From NCBI GenBank assembly GCA_963833425.1, contig CAWHXP010000008.1, positions 532,578 through 596,577 on the forward strand: DNA of 64,000 nucleotides, read 5' to 3'. This document shows positions 36,611 through 47,533 of the stretch, one piece after another; position 1 is the first letter of the stretch, and each line of letters begins with the position of its first letter. The notes under the pieces are model-generated. The model saw only the letters and a list, made by a program, of their open reading frames with translations. It was not told where the DNA came from and did no database searches. This DNA is from an uncultured Methanosarcinaceae archaeon. GTDB taxonomy: Archaea; Halobacteriota; Methanosarcinia; Methanosarcinales; Methanosarcinaceae. A program made the translations under genes and the position numbers.

Positions 36611-37777
36611 CTAGTCTGTGTCCACTTCTAGTAGCATTACGCTGATAAAAATTGCAGAGAAAATTAGCTGAAGCCCAATTGCTGCAAGAACCATTGAAAT
36701 AACTGCCGATTCTACCTCTTTAAGGGAACCAAATCCAGAACTAATCCAAGTATAGGCGACTTTCAGCCCGAGAATGATGCCAAGCCCCAAAATAATGGAG
36801 CCTGAAAATAGTTCTTTTTCTAGGGAATGGTAGCTCAACATTTGTTTCCTTTTTTTGTCAACCTGATACATGCCATGGATCAGGCCATATGTTTTCATAT
36901 ACCCACCAGTAGCTAGAATTTGCCCCCCAATTATTAAAAGCATACTGCCTAAAATAAATGAATGTGATCTGTTATATGCAGCACTTTCTGTGAAAAGAAG
37001 AGAAGAAGTTATTAAAAAACCAAGGATAAACACAAAAGCACCTGGTAAGTATAAGAAAGGAACTGGCCTATAGAGCATCATGAAGCGTACATGTCTCCAA
37101 CCATCCTTAAAAGAGTTCAATTTGGACGGAGCTTTGCGTGGGTAATAGGTTATAGGAATTTCCTTGATCCTCAGTCCACATTTAGCGGCTTCAATCACCA
37201 TTTCGGAAGCTAATTCCATGCCATGAGTTTTAAGACTCATTTTTTCAAGTGCTTCTTTTGTAAAAGCTCTCATTCCACAATGAGCATCCGATATTTTCGT
37301 TTTGAACAAAAAATTAAGCATTTCAGTCAGTAAAGGATTGCCTATGTATCGATGCAACCAAGGCATGGCTTCTTTTTTAATATCACCTTTGATTCTGGTC
37401 CCTATTACAAAGTCTGCATCTCCTGCAATGAGAGGATCCAAAAATTTATCAAGCTCAAGTAGATCGTATGTATTGTCCGCATCTGAAATAGCAATATATT
37501 TCCCCTTCGCCAGGGCAAGTCCCTTGAGGTAAGCATTCCCATATCCTTTTATTGGGCCGATTACTCTTGCACCCATACCCGTAGCGATCTCAGCTGTTCT
37601 GTCTGACGAATTGTCAGCGACTATTATCTCTCCATCTATGTTATATTTTTTTAATATATATTGAGCTTTCTCTATGCAAATTCGGATGGTTTCTTCTTCA
37701 TTCATTGAAGGCATTACGAAAGACAGAGAGGGCATGTTCAGTTTATACAGCATATTACTTAATAAATATTTTGACAC
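36611..37777 (-). CDS. Glycosyltransferase family 2 (dolichol-phosphate glycosyltransferase-like) with C-terminal membrane helices; start may be a downstream Met
   Basis: PSMNEE, ADNSSD, DAD motif and SDAHCGMRA; hydrophobic C-terminus. Confidence 0.92.
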   Translation of the reverse strand: MSKYLLSNMLYKLNMPSLSFVMPSMNEEETIRICIEKAQYILKKYNIDGEIIVADNSSDRTAEIATGMGARVIGPIKGYGNAYLKGLALAKGKYIAISDADNTYDLLELDKFLDPLIAGDADFVIGTRIKGDIKKEAMPWLHRYIGNPLLTEMLNFLFKTKISDAHCGMRAFTKEALEKMSLKTHGMELASEMVIEAAKCGLRIKEIPITYYPRKAPSKLNSFKDGWRHVRFMMLYRPVPFLYLPGAFVFILGFLITSSLLFTESAAYNRSHSFILGSMLLIIGGQILATGGYMKTYGLIHGMYQVDKKRKQMLSYHSLEKELFSGSIILGLGIILGLKVAYTWISSGFGSLKEVESAVISMVLAAIGLQLIFSAIFISVMLLEVDTD

Positions 37778-38548
37778 ATATCACTATTTTCAAATCTCTT
37801 CGTTTCCGAAAACCATTTTTTTTTACAAAAAAATAAGATAAAAAATTAAATGAAAAATAATGGAATCATCGATCAGGGACACAAAAAAATAAATATATTA
37901 CTGATACTGACGCCGCATTGTACTTTATGTATCTTTTGAATTATTTATTAATGATGATAGATAGCCTTATTTGGTGAAGCAAATTAGGACTATCAAAAAG
38001 TTCTTAAGTTTTATTTCGTGCTGCAGCATCATCTACAAATTATCTTGATCCGCAATTAACTATCCAAAGTCAAAATATTAAAAATAAGCATTCATTGGTG
38101 CTATTTTAATGACATAACTATTTTTTTATATTGAAAACATTATTTATTCATTAGCACTTTGTTTGACAGTGGATAAAGCGAAGAAACTCGGCTTTTGTTA
38201 TTCATTCCAATGGAAACAAACAAAGACATTATTGCACTCAACAGGCAAAGTTAGACTACAAATGAAGAATGATAGAGTCGGAACTCACTAAGACAAAGGA
38301 TTAAATTGTTGAGACACTAGTTTTAATGAATTAGAGATTGTGTCCACAAGTTATTGATCAAATCTGAAAAATCAATATCTCCCACATTTTGTTAAAAATA
38401 TAGAGAAATTTTTATGTGATGGTTTTACAATGAATAGATCCGACTAGCAAATTATTCATTAGACATTATATAAATAAACGACAAAGTATTGGACTTTGTC
38501 GAATTTATATAGTCCTTTGCGATAGTTTTTGAGCATTACGTTCTGTTT

Positions 38549-39151
38549 TTAATGGTATTTTTCTTCAAAAACTTCGCCGTGTGGTTCTTTTTCCTTGAAG
38601 ATCTGACCTTCGAAACAGTGAACTTCGGCTCCTTTGAGCCAGGCATCAGGAGAAAGACCGGCTTTCAGGCATGTATGGCTCAAAAATTCAATCGAATCCA
38701 TATTGTTTTCAGGGGCCACTTGAGGAAGCAGCAATCCCTGGCTGTAACCTTGCTTTACAATGAGACCATGCCTACCGATCTGTATACAGTTTGGAAGTTC
38801 TTTTGGAGGGGCATTGATTCTTTCAGGAGGGGTAAGAATTGTAACCTCAACAATTATATCATCCAGCTCATCTTCTTCAATAGGTGGAAAGCGAGGGTCA
38901 TGAATTGCTGCTGAGATCGCAGAATCCATAATTGCTTCCTTTAGTATGGAGTCCGGGAGAGGATGCCCTATACAACCCCTCAAGAGGCCATTTTCAGTAA
39001 GTGTAACAAAAACTCCCCTCATTTCCTCGAAAACCTGAGAAAGCTCAAACCCCAAATCTAGAGGCTCTTGAGGTTTTTTTGTAGATAGGAACGATTCAAT
39101 TGCATTTCTTGCAAGTTTGACTGCAGTCCTTCCTTCAGTTTCAGTAAGCAT
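38549..39151 (-). CDS. AMMECR1-domain protein
   Basis: GVFVTL...LRGCIG, DPRF, GRHGL and GLLLPQV. Confidence 0.95.
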   Translation of the reverse strand: MLTETEGRTAVKLARNAIESFLSTKKPQEPLDLGFELSQVFEEMRGVFVTLTENGLLRGCIGHPLPDSILKEAIMDSAISAAIHDPRFPPIEEDELDDIIVEVTILTPPERINAPPKELPNCIQIGRHGLIVKQGYSQGLLLPQVAPENNMDSIEFLSHTCLKAGLSPDAWLKGAEVHCFEGQIFKEKEPHGEVFEEKYH

Positions 39152-39579
39152 GCGTAAACCAACACCTATTCTTCAATAGTCTAGTCTTAAATATCACTGC
39201 CATTAATCTGTAGATCTCATTTGTTATTATAATTTACACCGGTTAATAACAATATGTTACTGAAACTGGTATAACAATATGTTTATCCAAACTTCTCATT
39301 TCCAGAACATCATTTATGATGAGATGGAACTTACTTTCCGCAGCTGTGTATAAAAATGCCATCCATTTTTTTCAATATGAGGGTATCTTAAATAATCTAA
39401 CTTTCCGTATGTTAGTAGGAAAATAGACCCACAAATTGTACATATCTTGCATCCATGAATGTCAGCTTCCAGACGGGAAAAACTACTTAAAAAGCAAAAT
39501 CAAAAAAAAAATACAGCAACTGTTAAACAGAAGGTATTGCTACAAAATTAATCGATCCGGAGAATAAGGAAACAAATCT

Positions 39580-40818
39580 TTAAATTTTTTTAACCTCATT
39601 ATATTTTCTAGCCGCAACCTTCAGGGCCTCGACGCCTGGAAGTTTCACCCCTGCAAGATAATCAATGCAAGCTCCTCCACCTGTACTAATATGGGAGAAA
39701 CGATGTTCTAGACCAAGATGGTCAACTTCCGCAGTTATATGTCCCCCACCAATAATTGAAAACTCAGATTTTACAGCAGCCTTTATTATCTCGTGGGTCC
39801 CAAGAGCAAATTCAGCAATCTCTGATACTCCTGCAGGGCCGTTTAAGACAACAGTTTTTGAATTCTCGATTTCTCTGGTGAAATTCACAATTGTTTCAAG
39901 CCCTATATCGTTTATGGGAAGAGAGTTTGAATTAAGCTTCAAAATAGGCACTTCGACTCGCTTTTTATTATCGTTTACAGCCACATCCATAGGGAGATAA
40001 ACTCTATCTCTGAATCTCGTAAGTAGATTTTTTGCCTTTTCGATCTGAGTTTCGTAACCTTGGGATTTTATGAGTTCCATGTTGACTTTTCCAATGTCTA
40101 TTCCAGAAGCAGCTAAAGCAACGTTTGCTACCACTCCAGTAAATAGTACCCTGTCAGCCCCTCCACTTGCGAGTACATTTTCCGCCACTCTAAGAGAATC
40201 ATCAACTTTTGCTCCTCCCAAAACGAAAGTGCTTGGCCGTTCCACTCCTTTTATAGCCCTGTCAAGAGATACCAGCTCTTTTTCCATCACTCTTCCGGCT
40301 CCAGAAGGAAGAAGTTCCGTAAATCCTACCACAGAAAGATGAGATCTATGAGATACAGCAAATGCATCATTTAGAAAAATATCCACAAAAGGTACTAGCT
40401 TCTTAACCAAGTAGGTTGTAGCATGTTCTGGTGGCGTTCTTTCCAAGATTTCTTCGGAATAGAACCTTACGTTTTCGAGCAATATTACATCACCATTTTC
40501 CATCGAAGCAATCTGAATCTTCGCACAGGTTCCGAAAATATCGTCCACATAACTAACTTGCCTACCAAGGTGTTTAGACAGCAGATGAGCATGAGGCTTC
40601 ATTAGTGTGAAGTCTTGTTTCCCAGGCCTACTCTGGTGCGCAAGCAGAATAACTTTTGCACCCTCTAGATCTTTCAAGGTGGCAACATGACTTCTAATGC
40701 GCATATCATCCAAAATGTTGCCTTTGGGATCCATGGGTGAATTCAGGTCAACCCTTACAAGAATGGTTTTCCCGTCTATGTCAAAATCATCGATCGTAAG
40801 AAAGTTTCTGGAAGTCAT
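39580..40818 (-). CDS. pgk: Phosphoglycerate kinase
   Basis: VRVDLNSP, HQSRP, LLENVRF, LGGAKV and HISTGGGA. Confidence 0.98.
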   Translation of the reverse strand: MTSRNFLTIDDFDIDGKTILVRVDLNSPMDPKGNILDDMRIRSHVATLKDLEGAKVILLAHQSRPGKQDFTLMKPHAHLLSKHLGRQVSYVDDIFGTCAKIQIASMENGDVILLENVRFYSEEILERTPPEHATTYLVKKLVPFVDIFLNDAFAVSHRSHLSVVGFTELLPSGAGRVMEKELVSLDRAIKGVERPSTFVLGGAKVDDSLRVAENVLASGGADRVLFTGVVANVALAASGIDIGKVNMELIKSQGYETQIEKAKNLLTRFRDRVYLPMDVAVNDNKKRVEVPILKLNSNSLPINDIGLETIVNFTREIENSKTVVLNGPAGVSEIAEFALGTHEIIKAAVKSEFSIIGGGHITAEVDHLGLEHRFSHISTGGGACIDYLAGVKLPGVEALKVAARKYNEVKKI

Positions 40819-41864
40819 CTCTGCTCAGCACACCTTTGTGAATAGAGTCGTATATAAATTGAAATGAATTTGAGAATGGAATTTTTGATAATTGTTTATT
40901 ACGTGATAATTGTTCATTACTTAATTAGTGATTACTCTGTCATGGGATTTTTTCCATAAATAAGTTTGTTTCATTTAAGTTGCATAAGTGGATGTGAGTT
41001 TTATATAAAAAACCAAACGAAATCGAAAATAATTCAGGCATTTCACTTTAAAAAAGGTTTTGCATCTACTATCAATAGTGTATAAAGTGAAGAGCAAAGA
41101 CATATGAAAAAGATAATTCAAAGATTTTGAAGAAAGAGTTCGAGTAAATAGCAGTGGTACGTGGAAGCTAAGAATATACATATTTTCACTTTAAAACCTA
41201 TGCATCAGTACAAACGATTGAAACAGGCTTTTTGTCGTAAGGTACTGGCTGTCCATTAATTTCAACAAAGAACAAAATAGTAAGTGCTGCAAAGACTTAT
41301 AAAAAGAAATAGGACAATATCGATTATCTTAAGGCATGTCATTATTACCCTGAAAATTAGGTGATCAATCTATTGAATTATACATGTAGATTTCAACTAT
41401 CAACATGAAATTAACAACCATAAAATATTGTTTGTGTGGTTAGTGAGATGATCACCCGATGATTTAAAGCTGATTTGTCCATAGCTGTTTAACTCGCACA
41501 CTGCCAGATCTATACAATTATTTTACCCTTATTTTTCCATTTACGATGGTTGTTTAAGTTGATTAGTTTCAAGTGTTCCATGAGCTCCATATTTTCTATG
41601 AGTCCCACAAGCTCCAAGAGTAATAGATCGACAACATTTTCCTATCTCAGATGGATCTATTGAAATATTCATAATCCTCCTAATTAAATATTGATTTCAT
41701 GCTACTGTTAATATCTATTCACAAAGTGTTAGCTGAAGCAAAAAGATGAGTTTTGATACAAAAGTGATTTAATTTAATCCAACTTATGCTTAAAATGAAT
41801 AGTTAAAACCTTTTACAAAACTAATTCCCATCTTTGATCCACCTTGTTGCTTTAAAGTAACCTG

Positions 41865-42751
41865 TTAAATATATTTTTCAATTATCGATTTGAAATGTGG
41901 ATCCATTAAATAAACGATATATGCAACGATCAAAGTAACGAATATATATGTAATTGTATTCAGATTATATGTGTCTGGGATTTTCCACAAGATTTCCTGC
42001 AGAAAATTATGTACAAGAAATATTGGAAAACATAAGTCGCTACAAAACTTTATCAGGATTGAATTGTTTATGGTTTTTATATAATATCCATTCTGGGCAA
42101 TATAAATCCCTAACGAAAATTCTAACATTCTGGATAATGGGAACCAATACCAACTCCTTCCTCCGAATCCTGGAGGTATGGTTATTCTAACGAACATGGC
42201 AACTAAAAATATTGTGAAGAGACCTGATATACCATTCTCTTTCAAAAATTTTGATAAACAGGGATACATAAAATAAAGACATACTATAGTCCCTACGAAC
42301 CAGCCTACTCCATCAATAGTGCCACTCCATGTAGTTGTGGGAACACCAGCTAATGTGAAGGCTGGATAAAATCCGGTGATTGTCATTACGAGTTCCGACC
42401 ATTTTAAATTTGAAAGTATTCCATCACTAAATACCACTGCAAGTAAAACAGTAAATAGATACATCGGATAAATCCTGATAAGCCTTTTTTTCATAAAGCT
42501 GTTCACATCAAAATTATTTACTGGTCTATGGATTTTAGTTCCATATGTATATTCTAAAGCTGCTCCACTTATCAGAATAAATATGAATACCCCCACCCTC
42601 CAATGTCTTCATATAAACCTATAGCGTACATTTCGGGTATTCCAAAGGATTTCTGTGCTAACCCATAGAACCAGCCTACATGGCTTAAGACGACCATCAT
42701 TATTGCTACAATCCGCAGCACATCGAACATCAAAATTCGATTCTTGCTCAT
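41865..42751 (-). pseudogene. Acyltransferase-3 (OafA-like) membrane protein with one 1-nt deletion near 42597
   Basis: ATG 42751 gives MSKNRILMFDVLRIVAI...H. The frame shifts at GGAGGGTGGGGG into GVFIFILISG...KKRLIRIYP...WFVG. Confidence 0.8.
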
Positions 42752-43334
42752 AACACCACCTAACTGTCGTGAGATCTATAATAAATTTCGTTAATTCTTG
42801 TCGATTTAACGTTAACAAAAAATAATTTCTTATTATTACATTTATGCATAGGTTTTTAAAGTAAAAGCATAAGTTTATTTTTCAATGTCACCTTTACATT
42901 ACTATTTTTTGGTAGAATAATATTAGTTAAATTTTCCTGTATACAGTGTCTTTCTTTATCTTTAGTCATATTTTTTTATCCAATAACTATAAATAATTAA
43001 TGGACAAAATTATCCCATCATGCCGTTTTTGTTCCATCATAAATCTGTAGCATTTGTAACTACATTTATCAAAAAAGTAATCAATTAAATATCAGTAATA
43101 TAGCTAAAAATTAGAAGTTGAATGAAAAAAATTAATGAATTAAACGCTACCACTATTTTGAACTGCATTTAGAAGGGCATACAAAATTGCAGGATCAGCT
43201 TTTTGAAGTGACAAAAAAAGTTCAGAGATTGCAGTTTTGTCGTGTTCTACGCATTGTCAGATTCTGTCGTTAACGGTAAACCATATTTAAAATAAAATTG
43301 TACTTTTTTGTCTACCAGGAAGTGTGAGCTACTC

Positions 43335-43760
43335 CGCTTTCGACCGTCTCTAGCTTAAATAGATCTGCCCATGTTAATAATGGCTGCCATACTAATTGGT
43401 GAAGAACCACAATAACAAAAACAAGGGTAACAACTCCCAAAATTATAGAAGTTAAATCCCCCTTATTTGCTGCTTCCTTAAGTAGCTACCTAATCCAGGC
43501 AGCCTGAAATCACGCTGACCTGCGGTGAATATCTCTGCAGCCATCAAAGAAAACCATCTTCCTGCTCAGCTCATCATACTATTCCAGATTAAGCTTATGG
43601 CAGCAAAAGAGAAATGTTGGTCCTTTAATTATAGCCGGGGAAGTGCGAGCCAAGTGTATACCCATATAAACCAAGATAGCTACAGTAATCAATATCACCA
43701 TATCACCCTAGGAAAAGGATACCGCACTGGTCTTCGGGGTATGAATTTATGAGCATCTTG
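43335..43760 (-). pseudogene. Relic of an ABC-type anion (nitrate/sulfonate-like) transporter permease
   Basis: LIWNSMMS*AGRWFSLMAAEIF...DFRLPGLGSYL and QLVWQPLLTWAD. Confidence 0.75.
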
Positions 43761-44049
43761 TTGATAGATTATCCAACGCAAGTATTATTTTAGCTTTAAT
43801 AGAACTTATGCACTTAAATCACTGCCAATTTAAAATTAATTAATATATAATTAGTTAATGTATAATTTAAAAAAAGTTCAGTTGTATTTTCCTTGCAGGC
43901 ATTTAGATCAAGATCATATTATAGACTCAGATTATATAACATATACATTTTTAAAAATTAAATCTTGAAATGCAGAAGACTTGTCCTAGCACAGAAATAT
44001 TTATTTTAGTTCGAAGCCGATAATTGTAAATGAATATTTCAGACAGAAA

Positions 44050-44321
44050 AAAACCTTCGAGAAGCTAACCTTCAAGGAGCTGACCTTATAGAGGCTAATC
44101 TTAAAGGGGCTAATCTTACAGGAACTAACCTTACATTGACTTATTTTATAGGGGCTTATTTTAAGGATGCTAAACTTGAAGGAGCTGACCTTGAAAGAGC
44201 TCAGCATTTGTCACTTTTCCAGTTTGCAAAAGTGAAAACACTTCATGATGCAAAATTAGGCGAAGAGCTCCTCATACAGATAAAAAAGTGTATCCGCTCT
44301 TTTAGAAAAACCTATGGATAG
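44050..44321 (+). pseudogene. Relic of a pentapeptide-repeat protein C-terminus
   Basis: [20 protein letters not shown], then a frameshift, then [10 protein letters not shown]...[10 protein letters not shown]. Confidence 0.8.
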
Positions 44322-44598
44322 AAAATATTCTCAAAAATCACATAAAGCACTTCTAAAATGCTCATGATGTAATTAGTCTAGCCTTATCCTAAATGTTCAA
44401 TAGAGAGCCTGAGAATTAAGCAATATCTCTAATTTTGTAACTAAAAACAGAGATTTTGACCAGATGATCAAAAAAACTGGCACTGTACTAAAGTTCTGTA
44501 AATTCTAACTGGTCCAAAGCCTCTTTTCCTTAATCAAAAAATAGGGTTATAGTGCTTCATTGCTGCAGAGTTTCTAAAGTAAATGTATAATTACACCG

Positions 44599-44741
44599 AA
44601 AACTTGATCATGAAAACATCAATATTAATAGCTGACTACCACTGTTTTTGGAAAGTGACATAACTTTAAACAACATCTTGAAATCAATATTTATTTAGAA
44701 CTATTAAATATATTTCTATAGTCCTGATGGGATTGACAAAA
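44599..44741. repeat. Diverged direct repeat of about 140 bp, copy A
   Basis: Aligns end to end with 46587-46731 (shared aaaacttgatcatg, acataa, aacaacat, gaactat and aaatatattt). Confidence 0.75.
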
Positions 44742-44897
44742 TGTGCAATTAATTGCACTTGCGAATAACTGCAATCAATCAAAAACCCAGAAAATAATAA
44801 AAAATTTTTTGTTTCAAATATTTTTTTGTAGAACCCAATCGGCCTTATAGCTGCCAAACAAACCGTTCAAGTCCAAATGTTAGATTAAAATCCATTG

Positions 44898-45452
44898 TCA
44901 GGCTTCCCGTAAATTATCGAATAAAGTTGCGATTTTTCGTAATTGTAATTTACTGATTTCGTTGTCCTGATTTTCATGATTCTTCGGATTAGAGTTCCCC
45001 GAATTACCGTAATTCATCGGCTTCACGTTGCCCTGATTTCCATAATTCATTGGATTAAAGTCACCAGAGCTTCCGTCATTCATCGGATTAAGGTATCTCA
45101 GAAGTTTTCCATCAAGCATATCCGAGTTGCCCGAATTACCATAATTTATAGGCTTCATGTTGCCCTGATTTCCATAATTCATTGGCTTAGAGTGGTCAGT
45201 TTTTCCATAATTCACCGGATTAAAGTTGCCCGAATTACCGTAATTCATTGGATTAACGTTACCAGGGTTACCGTAATTAAACTGATTAGAGTTGTCCGAG
45301 TTCCAGTCATTAACCGGATTCGAGTTTTTGACCAACTTCCGAGAACTTGCGCTTGCTGAAGCAACTGTTAATGTTATTATGAGAAATACAGCTACCAAAA
45401 TATTAATTGTCTTTTTTATTCTCGAATATTTTTGTTTACTCACTTGTTTCAT
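44898..45452 (-). CDS. Secreted protein with eleven tandem 11-aa Asn/Gly/Tyr-rich repeats
   Basis: Basic N-region, hydrophobic H-region and ASA-S cleavage site; 33-bp DNA periodicity over 44964-45326; frame intact. Confidence 0.85.
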   Translation of the reverse strand: MKQVSKQKYSRIKKTINILVAVFLIITLTVASASASSRKLVKNSNPVNDWNSDNSNQFNYGNPGNVNPMNYGNSGNFNPVNYGKTDHSKPMNYGNQGNMKPINYGNSGNSDMLDGKLLRYLNPMNDGSSGDFNPMNYGNQGNVKPMNYGNSGNSNPKNHENQDNEISKLQLRKIATLFDNLREA

Positions 45453-46586
45453 CCCCAAAATTGTTCTAAATTTGATACTATTTTTTATATTGACTTGTCA
45501 ATTCATAAAATAATATGACTATTTACAAATATACCTGATATTAAATTCTATTATTAGTTAATTAATAGTCTAATTATATAATCTATACAGAATGATTATT
45601 TCTATAATAAACTCCTCCATTAATATTTTCAAATATTAATATAATTTAGCAAATAATCTGAAGTAGTTCAGTTCTTCTCAGAAAAATGCTTCATAGCAGC
45701 ACATATTCTGTTGGAAAAATTAAAATATATAAACCAAACAACACAAGATATAACTTTGGATTGTATGAATAATCTACATCCTCCAGTAAAATCTCTCAAA
45801 TTTAGGTTTTTGTGCAATTTTGGCTAAATCTTTTAGATCAACATCCAAAATATTTTTTGCTAGGTGTTTGAAAAATCCTGTTTCGAAGCACAATTTTATT
45901 AGCTGGGAGAAAAAGTAATTTCAATTAATGTTTTATTTTTTAATAAAATGTTGAAAAATTTGAAATCTATGACTATAAGAAGTGAAATGCATGATATTAT
46001 ACCATGTGAACCCAAAAGTAGCTCTTATTGCGGTGGCTTTGTAAAAGAAATCTGCAAGAAGGCAAAGTAACTTTGGCACAAGCCCTTATTGCTTCCGGCA
46101 AAAGTAGGCATTGAGAAGAGCTTGCAGGAGAGACACGGTAAATCCTTTAAAATGCAGTGCTGAAAGCAGCAATCTTAGTGGGAACATAACCTAATCCCAC
46201 TTACAGTCAAAATTTCTTAGGTCCTAACTTCAAACATAGGAGGATTCAATTTACTTTTTATTTCACTTTACCAATTAACCCCGAAAATCCCAATAACCAA
46301 GTTATAATATATAAAAAAAAGACTTCCATACTTTTATTAAAATTTATCGATTAAAGAAATCTCATAAATGAGAATAAAATTTTTCTGGTTTGAATTTGTG
46401 AAGTTACCATCGGAATTGAATCAATGTGACTCCGATAATAAACGGTTTAATTGCTGTGATATCTTGCAGGGTCAAAGAAAGAATGAAATATTTATTATTT
46501 TACGAGAGAACAATTAATTAATTCCCAAGTAATGGCAAATTATAGATGTAAACAGATAGGTATTTATAGTAGTTTTCATTGAACTA

Positions 46587-46731
46587 AAAACTTGATCATG
46601 GGGACGTCAACTATTAATGTGGAATAACATTGTTTTTAAAAAGTAACATAAGCGTTAACAACATATTGGAAATCAGTATTTACTTGGAACTATCAAATAT
46701 ATTTATATAGTTCAGATGAGACTAATAAATT
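46587..46731. repeat. Diverged direct repeat of about 140 bp, copy B
   Basis: Roughly three-quarters identical by eye to 44599-44741. Confidence 0.75.
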
Positions 46732-47245
46732 CAGAGATTTTATCACAAAAATTATAAATTGTTACAGTAAAATTACAGTGGTTACACCGAACAGTATTTT
46801 ATAGAAACAACTTCCCTACACCGGGTCTCCCTTCTGGGCATCAGATTGTCTAGTTATATGGCAATATGGGTAATAATAAGTAAGCTGATGAGCGTCAATT
46901 TAAACATTCCCGCGCCGATTTAACTGATCGGAATGGGCTTCGTCTTTGCCCAAATTAGCTTGAAGAGCATGATAGAGTTCATTAGAAGTATAGCTAACGA
47001 TTGCTGGCAATAAAAAAAATAATATCAAAATTCCAATTGCAATTAGCTTCTTAAACATGATATTAATCATGGCCCAAAATCACGTAATTATTGAGTTTAT
47101 AGATTGAAGTGCTGAATTTGTAGAAAAAAATGTCGTTCAATCAAATAGTCCTAACTATTAAACGATATTTCCGGTCTTATTACGTTTAGGAATTTCAAAA
47201 AAATGAAAGAGCCCCGATTTCCAGGGTACATAAGGGAAACTATTT

Positions 47246-47533
47246 TTATTCGATTGTTTCTATTTTCTCCTTTTTGACAAAGGGCCTGCTGATTTTTTCT
47301 GGCATCCAGCTAGGCCTATTTTTGGGAGCTTCTACAATGTGCTTCCATGCCTTGAAAACATGTACTTTCTTTGTTCCGCGCTCTCTGAGGCGGATAGTCT
47401 CCGGTTTTGACTTTGTCCCTGCTCCCCGATTTGCAGCTTTCAGGGCAGCTTGTCGAGGCTGTTTTCCAGTGAAAACTCCATGCTCGTTGCCATCTTTATC
47501 TCGTAAAACAAAATTTCTCATGTTGGATATCAA
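47246..47533 (-). CDS. Non-histone chromosomal protein MC1 (start uncertain: TTG 47533, ATA 47530 or ATG 47521)
   Basis: RNFVLRDKDGNEHGVFTGKQPRQAALKAANRG, IRLRERGTKKVHVF and WMPEKI. Confidence 0.95.
   Translation of the reverse strand: MISNMRNFVLRDKDGNEHGVFTGKQPRQAALKAANRGAGTKSKPETIRLRERGTKKVHVFKAWKHIVEAPKNRPSWMPEKISRPFVKKEKIETIE

Noticed and set aside
46886..46927. TGATGA...CTGA as a box C/D sRNA or hammerhead core
   Set aside because: Too short, with no internal D'/C' boxes and no GAAA-containing hammerhead stems.
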